Of a stretch of DNA of 56,348 nt, positions 1-9,203 are shown piece after piece. Under the pieces are notes generated by a model. It was not told where the DNA came from, searched no databases, and worked only from the letters and a program-made list of their open reading frames with translations. The stretch's first letter is position 1. Each line of letters begins with the position of its first letter. The translations under genes were made by a program, and so were the position numbers. This stretch comes from Candidatus Thorarchaeota archaeon (GTDB taxonomy: Archaea > Asgardarchaeota > Thorarchaeia > Thorarchaeales > Thorarchaeaceae), in assembly GCA_020348985.1 (NCBI GenBank), contig CP070761.1, positions 1 to 56,348 on the forward strand, given 5' to 3'.

Positions 1-155
1 GGAAGCGACGACTGTCCGGGCTCGAGAGATGCGTGTGCTAGACTATAGCCAAGCTTCAACTCCTCCCCGTCATGAAGTGGGTTCAGGATTTCTCGAACCT
101 TTGTATTGTCTAGAGCCGTTATCTCTTGACGGTCTTGTAGTCTTCTTATTAGCAA
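1..155 (-). CDS. Cupin-domain protein, 5' part only (runs off the window edge)
   Basis: Not in the ORF track. Manual translation from TTG at 155 (GGAGG SD upstream) gives MLIRRLQDRQEITALDNTKVREILNPLHDGEELKLGYSLAHASLEPGQSSL; YSLAHA.L.PG.SS.P is typical of the start of cupin motif 1. Confidence 0.65.
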   Translation of the reverse strand, partial: MLIRRLQDRQEITALDNTKVREILNPLHDGEELKLGYSLAHASLEPGQSSL

Positions 156-170
156 ATCAGGATCCTCCTG

Positions 171-1370
171 TCAGAACTCGGGCTTGCCCTTTGACTTCCA
201 GCTCGGTATCTTCTCCATTGCAGGCTCGTATCCTGCGAGAACATGTCTACCTAGGATCAGTCTCTGAATCTCGCTCGTACCCTCGTAGATTTGGTAGAGT
301 TTCGCGTCACGGAACAGCTTCTCAAGAGGGTATTGATCTATGTATCCAAATCCTCCGTGAATCTGCAATGCTTCGCTTGCTATTTCCATGGCCGCGTCAG
401 TCGCATATGCTTTGGCTACACTCGCCGAGACTGTAGCATCCTCGCCTTTGTCTGCAGCCCATGCTGCTTTGTGATACAACAGACGTGATGCTTCTATTTT
501 CATGTACATCTCTGCGAGCTTGAATTGGATAACTTGAAATTCCTGCAGCTTCTGCGAGAAGACCTCTCGCTTAGCCACGTATGCACGTGCATATTCCATA
601 GCGGCCCTGGCGAGACCTGTTGAGAATGCTGCGATAGCAGGTCTAGTGAGTGAGAATGTCTTCATCGCAATGGCAAAACCCTCTCCTTCTTCACCTAGTA
701 GATTCTCCTCAGGTACCTTTACATCCTTGAAAATGACAGCTGAAGTGGCCGAAGCGCGGTGTCCCATCTTCTCCACTGGCGGACCGGTCCGCAATCCTGG
801 TACATCAGCGTCGACGATGAATGCGCAGAGTGCTTTGTGACGTCTGGCTGGGTCCAGACTTGCAAAGACCGTGAAGTAGTCGGCATGCGGTGCATTCGTA
901 ATCCAGAACTTCGAACCGTTGAGAACGTAATGACTGCCTTCTTTCTTCACCCTTGTCCTGATTCCAGCTACGTCACTTCCCATGTATGGCTCGCTACAAG
1001 CAAATGAGATGAACTTCAAGTCCTCTGTGAGAGGTTTAAGATAGCTCTCTTTTTGATCGGCTGTACCGGCCACAAGTATTGGCTCTGCACCAAGGCTGTT
1101 GACATAGATACTGGTCGTCATTCCAGCGCAGCCCGCAGCCATCTCTTCGACAACAATGCATTGCTCTTGAACTCCCAGACCTGGGCCTCCGTAGTCGGTT
1201 GGTATCCCCAAGTTCATCAGTCCAGCTTCCCAACACTTCTTGATTATCGGTAGTGGAAACTCACCAGTCTTGTCATAGTAGTGTGCGTATGGAAGCATAT
1301 ACTCCTGAGCAAAATCTCTGGTTCTCTTCTGTAGCTCTATCTGTTCTCGAGTCAGTTCGAAATCAATCAC
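171..1370 (-). CDS. Acyl-CoA dehydrogenase
   Basis: Motifs ACSEP..GSD, NGSKFWITNA, KMGHRAS, FQVIQFKLAEM, QIHGGFGY and IYEGTSEIQR. Likely GTG start at 1370 (track start 1388). Confidence 0.95.
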   Translation of the reverse strand: MIDFELTREQIELQKRTRDFAQEYMLPYAHYYDKTGEFPLPIIKKCWEAGLMNLGIPTDYGGPGLGVQEQCIVVEEMAAGCAGMTTSIYVNSLGAEPILVAGTADQKESYLKPLTEDLKFISFACSEPYMGSDVAGIRTRVKKEGSHYVLNGSKFWITNAPHADYFTVFASLDPARRHKALCAFIVDADVPGLRTGPPVEKMGHRASATSAVIFKDVKVPEENLLGEEGEGFAIAMKTFSLTRPAIAAFSTGLARAAMEYARAYVAKREVFSQKLQEFQVIQFKLAEMYMKIEASRLLYHKAAWAADKGEDATVSASVAKAYATDAAMEIASEALQIHGGFGYIDQYPLEKLFRDAKLYQIYEGTSEIQRLILGRHVLAGYEPAMEKIPSWKSKGKPEF

Positions 1371-1470
1371 AATTCGCCACTTCTCCAATGGTAGCTTGTA
1401 TAGTCGTTCCTTCCTCGTTTAAGTCACTTGCTAGCTGCCAGTAGAGACAGTGTGCGAAAACAGCTGCCCT

Positions 1471-3732
1471 CTAGGACTCTGAGATTTGTCTGACTATCTC
1501 GGGTAGACTCCATTTGAGTTCGAGTTCTAGAGCTCCTTCCTCCGGACCAGGACATATCCGAACACATGTTCGACAGGCAACACAAAGCCATAGGTCGACC
1601 TCAATTGAACCGAAACCGGGTGTCTCAGAATCTAGTGGGATGTCTTCCACGGGCTTCTTTGTTGCGAGATTACGTACAGTGTTGTAGAACATGGCTTTTG
1701 TCGATGGCAGTTGCTCAATTGCCTCGGTGGTGAATTCGAAGAATTGCGGGATTTTGATTCTCGGTTTTAGGACAATTGCATCTTCGGGACACGAATTCTC
1801 GCAGGACTTGCACCCAAGACATTTGGAATGGTCCCAGTTGACTGTTCCAAATCCGAGAAGAGGTGCATATCCCATCATTTCACGGTACTCGTCCAGTACT
1901 GAGGGAACATCGACATCAAGAAGGTCATCAATAGTGACCTTAGCTCTAGTGCTGGGAATCTTTGCCCTAGTACGATAGGTAAGCAGAATTGCGGATCTGA
2001 TGCTTTCCTCTACGCTTTGCAGCAAGTCTTCAGCAACAATTGCTCCGCCTATCTCAAGTTTTGTCAGTCTATCATGTGCTTTCGAGAATACTTCCAATGA
2101 TCCTGCAAGGCGGCCAATGTCCTCAGCTTTCAAATCAGAAAGAATCTGTTCCAGCTCAGACTTTGCAGATGCAAGCTGAGCTGCAAGACTACAAACAGTT
2201 TGAACTATGATCTCAGCCTCAGTCAATGTGCGGGGAACATCATAGAGAACATAACCATGGGTTTCCCCAACTGTTGTAAGGAGTTCATCGCGTTTCATAC
2301 GTAGCAAGTGACGGAAGACTCTATCTTGTGGGATATTTGTCTTCTCAGCCAGGTCATGTGCTGTCAAGGCTCCTAGTTCACGAATTAGGACAAGCAGTGT
2401 GCCTCTCTCGAGCTCGCTATCAAGATACTCGCTCATTATCTGTTCATACTTCTCAGCGTCCAGTTTCTCACCGTAGACATTCAGCCCGGAAACCAGGTTG
2501 GGTCCCTTCTCGAGAGTTATCTTTAGCCTGAAACGGGCGAATGCCTCCAACCCAGCTGACACGAGAAGTCTTAGCTCATCTGCGCTCTCGGATTTAGCGG
2601 AGCTCAACAATCCCTCCGTGGCAGCATCAATGGCCTCTCGGAGTGAGTTGATAGGCACGGACAACGGAGTTTCGTCGTATTCGCCTAAAATCTGAAGACG
2701 TTCATGAAATGATTCGAGTCTAGCAAGTGATTCGTCGACCACGGATGCCAACGCGTCATCAACCGAATTGCGCATGGCACGAATCTGCTGTCCAAGTTGT
2801 TTTATCACGAGTGTCGAACCAGGTGGACTCGCCAGTACTCTTGAAAAGACTGGTGCATCTTCCTCGAGCCCCACCATCTCGATGTCTCCTCGCTGAAGCA
2901 TGGAGATGATTGCCGTCTGAACGATTTTGGAGGGCACATCCATCAAATCTGCCATCTGGGTGACCGTCTTAGAACCCATCTTGTTCAAGATGAACATTAC
3001 AATTCCACGATTTAGCTCCATTATCACATTCTCGAAGACGAGTTTCGAGGAACGATCCTCCGTTATTCTTCCCTCTCTGATCCCACGTTTGACTTGGGCT
3101 GAAGTCCTGAGAAACGGACCATATCTTGTCTTCGTGCCAAGCTTTTGGAGCGCATCAAGAACTGCGGCTATGTCAGACTCTTCCTCTGAAAGGATTCGCT
3201 TTAACTCGCTTGTCAACTCATCTAGCTCAGATCGTGCAGCCTCAGCATCTGATTCAGCCTTCCTCTCGTGGTCTGCTATGATTGTGTCCAGTTCCGAAAT
3301 CAAATCAGATATGGATGACATGGTGGCTGTCAGGTCTACAGTTACTTCAGGAGCTTCTTCTTCATCCTTCTTTTCGAATCGTTTCTGAACTGATTGCAGA
3401 TTCACAAGAAGCGACTCAAAGGACTCGATAGGCAGTCCAGTCAATGCGGCTTCGACATTCGAGACTGCCTCGGAAAGGAGAGACTTGTCTCTGATTTCTT
3501 CAACGAGACCACTTGCATCCAGTGCGGCAACCAGCTGGCCAAAATACGAAACTGGGAATCCGAGAATCGCTTCAGAAAGGGGAGAGAGTTCATCTCTTAG
3601 GCTAGCTATCTCTTCATTGACTTTACTGAGCGGAACGGCGGACTCTTCTTTGAGTCCTCCAAGAGCAAGAACCATGTCCATCATCCGACGACGCTTGGGA
3701 GCCATATCTCTCTCCGGGACGGTGTCGCTCAC
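1471..3732 (-). CDS. Coiled-coil protein with two winged-helix repeats and a C-terminal 2x[4Fe-4S] ferredoxin domain (Hdr-operon associated)
   Basis: Cluster motifs CLGCKSCENSCP and CVACRTCVRICP; two HTH-like repeats (ELNRGIV...TVTQMADLMDVP and ELERGTL...TAHDLAEKTNIP); GTGA overlap with the upstream hdrA-mvhD stop. Confidence 0.75.
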   Translation of the reverse strand: MSDTVPERDMAPKRRRMMDMVLALGGLKEESAVPLSKVNEEIASLRDELSPLSEAILGFPVSYFGQLVAALDASGLVEEIRDKSLLSEAVSNVEAALTGLPIESFESLLVNLQSVQKRFEKKDEEEAPEVTVDLTATMSSISDLISELDTIIADHERKAESDAEAARSELDELTSELKRILSEEESDIAAVLDALQKLGTKTRYGPFLRTSAQVKRGIREGRITEDRSSKLVFENVIMELNRGIVMFILNKMGSKTVTQMADLMDVPSKIVQTAIISMLQRGDIEMVGLEEDAPVFSRVLASPPGSTLVIKQLGQQIRAMRNSVDDALASVVDESLARLESFHERLQILGEYDETPLSVPINSLREAIDAATEGLLSSAKSESADELRLLVSAGLEAFARFRLKITLEKGPNLVSGLNVYGEKLDAEKYEQIMSEYLDSELERGTLLVLIRELGALTAHDLAEKTNIPQDRVFRHLLRMKRDELLTTVGETHGYVLYDVPRTLTEAEIIVQTVCSLAAQLASAKSELEQILSDLKAEDIGRLAGSLEVFSKAHDRLTKLEIGGAIVAEDLLQSVEESIRSAILLTYRTRAKIPSTRAKVTIDDLLDVDVPSVLDEYREMMGYAPLLGFGTVNWDHSKCLGCKSCENSCPEDAIVLKPRIKIPQFFEFTTEAIEQLPSTKAMFYNTVRNLATKKPVEDIPLDSETPGFGSIEVDLWLCVACRTCVRICPGPEEGALELELKWSLPEIVRQISES

Positions 3733-5888
3733 TCCTTCACCTCCATCCATTTGCCAGCAGTGCCGAGATGGACTGGAGTAGGTCCAAAGTCCTTGGCTCT
3801 TTTTACCATCTCATTGATTGCCTCAGTGAATCTCTCAGGCTCTGCGCTAAACATCCTATACATGCCCACCCTCTCGCCGCGCCACCCAATGGCGTTGAGA
3901 ATCTCCTGAGCCACATCTACTTGGACTTGTGCTATCTCATTTCCAGTTCCAGCAATATGACACCGATCAGTTTCGCATGCTGCAAGCATGACTGCACTGG
4001 CTCCACTCTCAAAAGCTTTCAGAATGTCAACTATTGAGACCCTGCCTGAACATGGAACCGGTATTAGACGGGTACTAGCAGGATATTTCATTTTGCGTGT
4101 GCCTACGATGTCGATTGTCGAAACTGAACACTCCTCACAGTAGAAGCATAGGGTGATTGGATAATCCGAGCCTGCACCTTCCAACACAGCATCGATTTCA
4201 GCCCATAGTTGCTCGTTAGTGAGAAAGTTGAGTTGAGTAGCACCTGATGGGCAGAGACTCTGACAGACTCCGCATGCATGACAGTTCAACGTATCAATTG
4301 TGGCCTTAAAGACGAGCTTCTGTTCATCGTCTTGGTTTTCAAGGTCTGTTTCTTCAACCATGAGTGGAACACCACGAGGACATTGTTGAGCGCACAGACT
4401 GCATCCAACACAGTCATCAGCTACTAGAACCGCACCTCTTGCGATTTTCTCAATTCGACCGCCTTGCAGCTCATTGTGTATCACGAGAGCGGCGGCTTGA
4501 GCATCTGTGACTGCCTCGTAGGCAAACTGTGGCCTCGTCACAGCTCCAACAGCTAGTACTCCACGACGTCTAGTTTCGTTCCTCCTCAGTTTCCCATAAA
4601 GCTCCTTGATATGTCCGTCATCTTCAATCGCGTAGCCCAGTGTTTCGGATAGTTCTGTTATCCCATCAGGGGGAAGAACTGCACAGGAAAGAACTAGAAG
4701 ATCAGATGACAGTTCAAAGTACTGATCGAGTAGAGAGTCATACAATTTCACGCGTGTCTCATTCCCCTGAGACCAAACCATGCTGATTCTTCCGCGGATA
4801 TAGTCTACTCCCTTCTCGCGAGATTCTGCGTATATCAGTTCATTCTCAAACGGGACACGTATGTCCATGTACACAATGCGAATCTGGGCGTCAGGTACTC
4901 TCTTTAGAATCTCAAGAGAGTTATCAATGGCGAAAGTACAGCATAGTTTACTGCAATCCCGCTTGTAGTCTTCTGACCTGCTGCCCACACATTGGACCAT
5001 TATCACGCTCTTGACTTCTCCGCCATCAGACGGTCTCTTCAGAGAGTCCTCGGTGAGCATTTCTGAAAGCTCAAGCTGTGTCAAAACATCTGGATTCTTT
5101 CCGTATTGATATTCATCAATCATTGTTGGTTTGAATTCCTTGAACCCAGTGGCAAGAACCACAGCTGATGTGTGGAGCTCATCCTCCTCTGCGGCATCTG
5201 TGACAAGGTGGACTACGAATCTTCCTAGCTCACCCTCAACGTACTTTACCTTGGTTCTTGTCAGAATGGTGATGCTATCACTCTTGAGAGCTGCTAGTCG
5301 AGCCGCCAGGACTTCGGTTCCCGACTTGCCAGTCGGTGCTACCATGGGTAGCTTGGCCAGATGACCTCCAAGCTCGTCTGCAATCTCAATCAGAGTCACA
5401 TTATAGCCAAGTCCTGATAGACTAATTGCAGACTCAATGCCAGCGATCCCTCCTCCAATCACGGTGACGTGTCCTGCGACGTCCTTACTCTCCGTTGGAA
5501 TAGTGTTGGATGTACTGGATCTTGCAAGGGCACCTCTTGTCATAGCCACGGACTTCTCACTTGCCTCAGTCAGGTCATCATGCACCCAAGCAGAATGTTC
5601 ACGAATATTGACGTACTGGATTCTTGTCGGGTCTAGTCCTTTTGAATAGAGAAACTGGTCTATTCGGGGCTGAATCTTCTGGTTTGTACATGCTGCAATG
5701 ACCAGCCTGCCTTCATTCTTTTCAATCATCTTGGCGATTTGTTCCAAATCATCATCTTGGCATACAGTATCCAGTATCGTTACAGTCTTGGCCAGCTCGA
5801 TTTTGCCTATCCGGTCAGTCAGTATTTCGTAATCAAGTTGAAGCTGTTTTCCGCAAGTACATAGAATGACATCGGACTTCTCGGACAC
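3729..5888 (-). CDS. hdrA: Heterodisulfide reductase subunit A fused to a C-terminal MvhD/FlpD [2Fe-2S] domain
   Basis: N-terminal CTCG..C..AACT..NIREH; FAD site VIGGGIAG; QCVGSR..CSKLCC; ferredoxin CVGCSLCAQQCP and CHACGVCQSLCP; MvhD motifs FYCEEC, VPCSGRV and ACETDRCH. GTG start at 5888 with a GGAGGT SD. Confidence 0.9.
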   Translation of the reverse strand: MSEKSDVILCTCGKQLQLDYEILTDRIGKIELAKTVTILDTVCQDDDLEQIAKMIEKNEGRLVIAACTNQKIQPRIDQFLYSKGLDPTRIQYVNIREHSAWVHDDLTEASEKSVAMTRGALARSSTSNTIPTESKDVAGHVTVIGGGIAGIESAISLSGLGYNVTLIEIADELGGHLAKLPMVAPTGKSGTEVLAARLAALKSDSITILTRTKVKYVEGELGRFVVHLVTDAAEEDELHTSAVVLATGFKEFKPTMIDEYQYGKNPDVLTQLELSEMLTEDSLKRPSDGGEVKSVIMVQCVGSRSEDYKRDCSKLCCTFAIDNSLEILKRVPDAQIRIVYMDIRVPFENELIYAESREKGVDYIRGRISMVWSQGNETRVKLYDSLLDQYFELSSDLLVLSCAVLPPDGITELSETLGYAIEDDGHIKELYGKLRRNETRRRGVLAVGAVTRPQFAYEAVTDAQAAALVIHNELQGGRIEKIARGAVLVADDCVGCSLCAQQCPRGVPLMVEETDLENQDDEQKLVFKATIDTLNCHACGVCQSLCPSGATQLNFLTNEQLWAEIDAVLEGAGSDYPITLCFYCEECSVSTIDIVGTRKMKYPASTRLIPVPCSGRVSIVDILKAFESGASAVMLAACETDRCHIAGTGNEIAQVQVDVAQEILNAIGWRGERVGMYRMFSAEPERFTEAINEMVKRAKDFGPTPVHLGTAGKWMEVKE

Positions 5889-5889
5889 C

Positions 5890-7155
5890 CTATGACCTCC
5901 TTCCTTGCAGAATCTTTGATACAACAGCTCTGGCCTGAGTTACGCTCTCAGGTACTTCAGTCGGCCCAGTTGCAGAACCACAAACGTACAAGTGGTCACC
6001 CGCAACTACTTCATTCTCAGAAAATGGATCAGAGGGCCCAATGAAACCACTTCTCATCTGAACATCAAGCAGCTGGATTATCCCATCGTTGCTTTCCGGA
6101 GGTTCGAGAGCTGACGATAGAACAAGAAGATCGATATTGTGCCTAAGATATTTGTTAAGGAGAGAATCATAAACAGTAACATCAAGGGTCCCATCCTCTC
6201 TGGGATCTATTAGATGAAGTCGGCCTCGCAAGAATCGTACACCTGAGTCACGAGTCTCTCGATAGTAACGTTCATGCCTGTCGTAAGTCCGCATGTCCAT
6301 GTAGACAACGGTGATACCGATACCATTCCTTTCGGAGCTCACAATCTTGGCATGTTTCAGTGCGAAAACACAGCAAATCTTCGAGCAATAGGCATAGTAG
6401 TTTTCATCCCTGCTGCCAACACATTGTATCATCATCATGTTCTTCACTTGGGCACCATCAGAAGGACGAAGAAGAGCGCCTCCAGATTCTCCGTTCGGAT
6501 CTAGAATCTTAGCTAGCTCGAGTTGCGTGATGATGTTTGGATGCTTGCCATAGCTATACTCATCCACGTTGATTGGTTGCATTTCATGATATCCTGTTGC
6601 AAGCACAATGTCTGTTATGTTAACAGTCTCTTCAGTTGGCTCCGCATTGAGATTGATAGCTTTTGTAGGACAATCACTTTCAGCTTTCTTTGCTCCATCA
6701 TCCAGCAGGTCGGGACGATAGATCACAGCCTGAGGCTGACACTGAGGTGAGATCTGTTCAAAGGCATTGGAGAGCTCAAGACACAGCCCACATAGAATGC
6801 ATTTTCTTGAATCAACATATCTCGGGCCAACAGTCAGCTTGACTGTAAAGCTTCCAGGGCTTCCCGAAATCTCTGCAACTTCCGTATCGGTTCTCAAATG
6901 AAGATTGGGTTGATCAATTAGAGCACTTCTGTAGAAGCACTTGCGTATGCCGGGACGCGAACGACTTCCCTCAAAACAGTAGAAGCAATCATCTGTGGGG
7001 AAAGCCTTGTAGAGATCGAGTGCGTTCCCTCCTGCAGTTGGGAGCCTATCAATCAGCACAGTTTCTATATTTGAATCTGCCAGTTCTATTGCCGCAGTCA
7101 TTCCGGCGACACCAGCACCTATCACGAGAACCGCATCTTTCAACTTGGTAGCCAC
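5890..7155 (-). CDS. hdrA: Short HdrA-like flavoprotein (lacks the N-terminal Fe-S domain and the C-terminal ferredoxin)
   Basis: Motifs VLVIGAGVAG, FPTDDCFYC, QCVGSRD..YCSKICC and YMDMR. GTG start at 7155. Confidence 0.88.
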   Translation of the reverse strand: MATKLKDAVLVIGAGVAGMTAAIELADSNIETVLIDRLPTAGGNALDLYKAFPTDDCFYCFEGSRSRPGIRKCFYRSALIDQPNLHLRTDTEVAEISGSPGSFTVKLTVGPRYVDSRKCILCGLCLELSNAFEQISPQCQPQAVIYRPDLLDDGAKKAESDCPTKAINLNAEPTEETVNITDIVLATGYHEMQPINVDEYSYGKHPNIITQLELAKILDPNGESGGALLRPSDGAQVKNMMMIQCVGSRDENYYAYCSKICCVFALKHAKIVSSERNGIGITVVYMDMRTYDRHERYYRETRDSGVRFLRGRLHLIDPREDGTLDVTVYDSLLNKYLRHNIDLLVLSSALEPPESNDGIIQLLDVQMRSGFIGPSDPFSENEVVAGDHLYVCGSATGPTEVPESVTQARAVVSKILQGRRS

Positions 7156-7156
7156 C

Positions 7157-8023
7157 TCAGCTGGTAAGATGGTCAAGTATGGTGTCAGCAGGAACACGGT
7201 TCATTTCGAGACCGATCTCGCTTTCGTCCATTCCCATTGCCAATGCCAGAATCTGAGGATAGAGGAGTACTGGCAAGTCATAGACTTCACCATAGGAGTC
7301 TTTCAAGCCTAGCTGCTGAAGATCAAGTTGATTTCCACATGCAGGGCATACAACCGCAGCAAATGCAGCACCAGCCTCTTTCATCGACTTGATCTTGTCA
7401 CGAGCCAAACGAATCGCCAGTGGTTCATTGACCGGAAGAACTGTTGCTCCACAGCACTGCTTCCAAATCGGATACTCGATTACTGTTGCTCCTGTAAGAC
7501 TGACGAGCTCATCAAGTATCTCAGGTCTAAACCCGGTTACATCTGCCGGTCGCATGAGATGACAACCATAGTGGATGCTTATGCCAATACCATCCAGAGG
7601 GTTGGTGACCTTCTTGCGTATTTCCTCAACTCCAATGTCAGTGTACAATGCCTCTATGAAATGACGTACTTTGATAGTTCCTTTGAAAGTCAGTCCGAGT
7701 TTCTTCAGCTCACTGTTTACTTTCTTCATATCGGATTCATCGTGCTTTAGGTGATGTAATGTGTCCTTCAAGGATGCGAAACATCCGTTGCACGGAGTGA
7801 CGATATCATGTCCATTCTCTTCGGCAATTGCGAGAGTTCTCGCATTGACTGTGAGCCATCCGAGATAGTCGATGGCTCGTAGATTTGGACTCCCGCAACA
7901 TGCAACATTCTCCATATATTCGAGTTCCATTCCTAGAGCTAGAGCTACCTTTAACATTGAAGCCTCATAGTTCGGATAGTTTGCTGGAACACTGCATCCC
8001 ATGTAAAGGTTGTAAGCCGGCAT
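7157..8023 (-). CDS. hdrB: Heterodisulfide reductase subunit B
   Basis: Two CCG domains (GCSV..CCG..CNGC and GCHL..CCG..CPAC), followed by LPVLLYPQILALAMG. Confidence 0.93.
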   Translation of the reverse strand: MPAYNLYMGCSVPANYPNYEASMLKVALALGMELEYMENVACCGSPNLRAIDYLGWLTVNARTLAIAEENGHDIVTPCNGCFASLKDTLHHLKHDESDMKKVNSELKKLGLTFKGTIKVRHFIEALYTDIGVEEIRKKVTNPLDGIGISIHYGCHLMRPADVTGFRPEILDELVSLTGATVIEYPIWKQCCGATVLPVNEPLAIRLARDKIKSMKEAGAAFAAVVCPACGNQLDLQQLGLKDSYGEVYDLPVLLYPQILALAMGMDESEIGLEMNRVPADTILDHLTS

Positions 8024-8024
8024 C

Positions 8025-8567
8025 CTAGCTTTCACCACCCACTATCTTGTTTGTTCGAGTTGTCTTCAGAATCTCCCGAATTCCGTTTGCTGAGAGTCCG
8101 GGAACTTCAGGCTCTAGCCCCAAGTCTTCTCTCTCCCAATCTGCTGTTACAACATAGAGTTGGCCTTTCTCAGCAAGTTCTCTTGCGAGTCCAATGATGT
8201 TGTCAGGAATCATCCCTTCTTCTGCGGCAAGATTCTTGCAATCAAAGAAAATGTCTGTGACTCTCACTTTCTGTGGACATCTCTCTTGACATTGGAAACA
8301 TGTCAAGCATTCCCAGATCTCCTTGCTTGAAAGCACGTCATCCCGCATTCCAAGAAGAATCATTCTAATGAGTTGGTGAGGTTTGTAGTCCCATTGGTTG
8401 GCGATAGGACAGGCGGCTGTACATGTGGAACATGCAAAGCACGCCATCAGCTCTTCACCATTGGGCATACTTCGTATTGTCTTGCGAAATTCCGAATCGA
8501 GTTTGGACACATCTATTGGCTCAACCAGAGTTATTGGAGGACCGGTCTGTTCTTCTGCGTCAGACAT
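8025..8567 (-). CDS. hdrC: Heterodisulfide reductase subunit C
   Basis: CFACSTCTAACP and IWECLTCFQCQERCPQ; lies directly upstream of hdrB. Confidence 0.93.
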   Translation of the reverse strand: MSDAEEQTGPPITLVEPIDVSKLDSEFRKTIRSMPNGEELMACFACSTCTAACPIANQWDYKPHQLIRMILLGMRDDVLSSKEIWECLTCFQCQERCPQKVRVTDIFFDCKNLAAEEGMIPDNIIGLARELAEKGQLYVVTADWEREDLGLEPEVPGLSANGIREILKTTRTNKIVGGES

Positions 8568-8685
8568 AGCTGATTCACCCAAGGAGTACGATTAATTGGT
8601 CTTACTAAGCGTCTGCCGTTCTTGTGCTTGTATTAAAAGCTTCCAGAGCGGACATAAAATAGAACGAGGGAGATCCATCACGTCT

Positions 8686-8877
8686 TCAGTGAGGCTGAGG
8701 ACGAGCTTTGCTGTCAATCAAATGTAGAAGGATGAAAACACCAACGAAAACTGAGACCTGATATGCAGCGGCGGCCAGCAGATCATAACCGCTTAGTGGA
8801 TACATGAACAAAGCAGTTACTGACAGTGCTACACACGCCAAAGCAGCCAGCATAGTGAGCCAGTGAGGCCTTCTCAT
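8686..8877 (-). CDS. Small membrane protein with two predicted TM helices, function unknown
   Basis: Two hydrophobic segments; same strand as its neighbours and fills the intergenic gap. Confidence 0.55.
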   Translation of the reverse strand: MRRPHWLTMLAALACVALSVTALFMYPLSGYDLLAAAAYQVSVFVGVFILLHLIDSKARPQPH

Positions 8878-8903
8878 GGTAGCCTCAGAAAGTCATCTCG
8901 TTC

Positions 8904-9203
8904 TTATGAGTTTCGAGTGTTCCTGATAATCTCCGAAAGCATCGACCTTAAGGACTCGATTTGAGATTCAGTTTCTTGTTGAAGCGACCTGGCAAGTTTC
9001 AGCAGATAGCTCATGAGATCTTCTTCGGTTCCATGTAGTTTCGATAAGGTCCCATCAGCTCCATTCGAGAAGAGTCGAAGGCTGTTTGCAAGTGCCACCT
9101 GAAACTTCGTGTGGTTTTGCTGTATGGCCTGTTTAATGTCGTCAATTAGCCGAATTATGTCACTAAGTTGGTCCACAGTGTCTTCTTCATTCATCTCAGA
9201 CAC
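8904..9203 (-). CDS. Hypothetical all-helical protein (99 aa)
   Basis: Amphipathic helical pattern; overlaps the GINS51 3' end by 8 nt, suggesting translational coupling. Confidence 0.7.
   Translation of the reverse strand: MSEMNEEDTVDQLSDIIRLIDDIKQAIQQNHTKFQVALANSLRLFSNGADGTLSKLHGTEEDLMSYLLKLARSLQQETESQIESLRSMLSEIIRNTRNS

Noticed and set aside
3729-8567. Selenocysteine-containing HdrA/MvhD
   Set aside because: All ORFs are open with Cys at the relevant positions and there is no in-frame TGA read-through. The hairpin at 31239 lacks a convincing SECIS core and has no selenoprotein nearby.
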